A stretch of 62,672 bases of DNA, counting the filler, from Sanchytrium tribonematis (lineage: Eukaryota): NCBI GenBank assembly GCA_018985235.1. It is 12 parts of 12 records of this genome, joined end to end, with 100 filler letters (N's around TTAATTAATTAA, not from the genome) between each part and the next. Parts side by side here need not be neighbours in the genome. Positions count along the whole stretch, not along the records: positions 59,133 to 62,672 come from JADGIG010000850.1; 11 more parts are not named here. The stretch is one strand, 5' to 3'. The notes beneath the pieces are model-generated. The model searched no databases and had not been told where the DNA came from. It worked only from the letters and a program-made list of their open reading frames with translations. Shown one piece after another: positions 61,642 to 62,672 of the stretch. A program made the position numbers and the translations under genes. Numbering within the stretch: the first letter of the stretch is position 1; each line of letters begins with the position of its first letter.

Positions 61642-62672
61642 ATGAAACTCCTTGTTGCATTGCCTCAAATTGCCATGTCGTTCCAGCTTTCATTATTGGC
61701 AAAATACCCTAGTGATAGAGTTAAATCTGTGCATTTTCAAGAAGATTATTTTGTGAATTGTTTATATAATGGGCACATCAACGTATACCAGTACGAAACA
61801 AACAAATTGATAATTAGTGAAAAGATGAGTGAATTGCCCTTAAGAGCTGTTAATTGGCTGCAGATGACTGGGAAAGATTCATATTCAATTGTTTGTGGTG
61901 GTGATGATCTTTGTTTGCATTTGCTAAATATTCACACAAAAACCAAGAAAACTATTAAACAGGTTCATTCAGATTATATTCGAAGTATTATTGCGAATAA
62001 TGAATACATTATTAGTTGTAGTGATGATCTGTCTATTTCATTTACTAGCTTGACAACATTTGAAAAAGTTTGCAATATTAGTGCGCACCAGCATTACGTC
62101 ATGATGATCAATTTTATCAATACTGAGTTGTTTATGAGTTGCTCATTGGACAAGCAAATCAAAATATGGAACATAAAATTAGCTCTCAAGAATAACAATA
62201 CGCCTTTGATTACATTAGAAGGCCATGGAAAAGGAGTCAATTGTGTTTCTGCGCCTTCAGATAAGCCAATGATTTTAAGTGGTAGTGACGATCATTTTAT
62301 CAAGATTTGGGATACCACTACAAAGCACTGTATTTCCACAATGTCAGGACATACCAATAACGTGAGTTTTGCCGTTTATCATCCAAAACTGCCTTTAATT
62401 ATTAGCGGAAGTGAAGATGGCACCATCAAAGTATGGCACAGCAACACTCACAAGCTGCTCAACAGCTACAACTTTGGGATGGAGCGAATCTGGTGCTGTG
62501 ATATTATGGGAAATTACCTTGTCGTGGGGTGTGATGACGGCACATTAGTTTTACAACTTGGAAGTTTACAACCACTTACCAGTGTAAATGATGGAAAATT
62601 GCTTGTAAATAAGCATTTTGATGTTTATCAATACATGCTTAGCGCAGAAAATTGCAAGGATGGTGATATTTT
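61642..62672 (+). CDS. SEC27: Coatomer beta' subunit (WD40), 3' partial; ATG at 61642 or 61675
   Basis: Manual translation: SDRVKSV, LYNG, HSDYIRSI, LEGHGKGVN, GHTNNVSF..HPKLPLIISGSEDGT; absent from the ORF track because no stop is reached. Confidence 0.93.
   Translation, partial: MKLLVALPQIAMSFQLSLLAKYPSDRVKSVHFQEDYFVNCLYNGHINVYQYETNKLIISEKMSELPLRAVNWLQMTGKDSYSIVCGGDDLCLHLLNIHTKTKKTIKQVHSDYIRSIIANNEYIISCSDDLSISFTSLTTFEKVCNISAHQHYVMMINFINTELFMSCSLDKQIKIWNIKLALKNNNTPLITLEGHGKGVNCVSAPSDKPMILSGSDDHFIKIWDTTTKHCISTMSGHTNNVSFAVYHPKLPLIISGSEDGTIKVWHSNTHKLLNSYNFGMERIWCCDIMGNYLVVGCDDGTLVLQLGSLQPLTSVNDGKLLVNKHFDVYQYMLSAENCKDGDI

Overview
AT-rich eukaryotic DNA, most likely from a compact early-diverging fungus: it carries Chs7, a septin, fungal-type histone H4, RPL15, RBX1, TAO3 and COPI subunits. 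The window is not one locus. Eleven artificial 100-nt spacers (N44-TTAATTAATTAA-N44) join one ~22.5 kb contig and eleven ~3.55 kb contigs, so adjacency across spacers means nothing. Contig 1 has CHS7 and a secreted-protein gene/pseudogene pair, then ~18 kb of transposon debris: two Ty3/Gypsy elements, LINE pieces, a hAT relic, a Crypton-like tyrosine-recombinase relic, and a Helitron Rep preceded by an F-box gene. The small contigs hold tightly packed housekeeping genes, LRR surface proteins, small secreted peptides, a near-intact LINE and a MULE relic. The strongest signal is that every intron I could infer is an ultrashort 19-20 nt GT...ATTYAG intron. There are five independent cases, each restoring a coherent protein. 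Many stop codons also overlap an AATAAA signal. All family calls come from motif recognition by eye; no searches were run.
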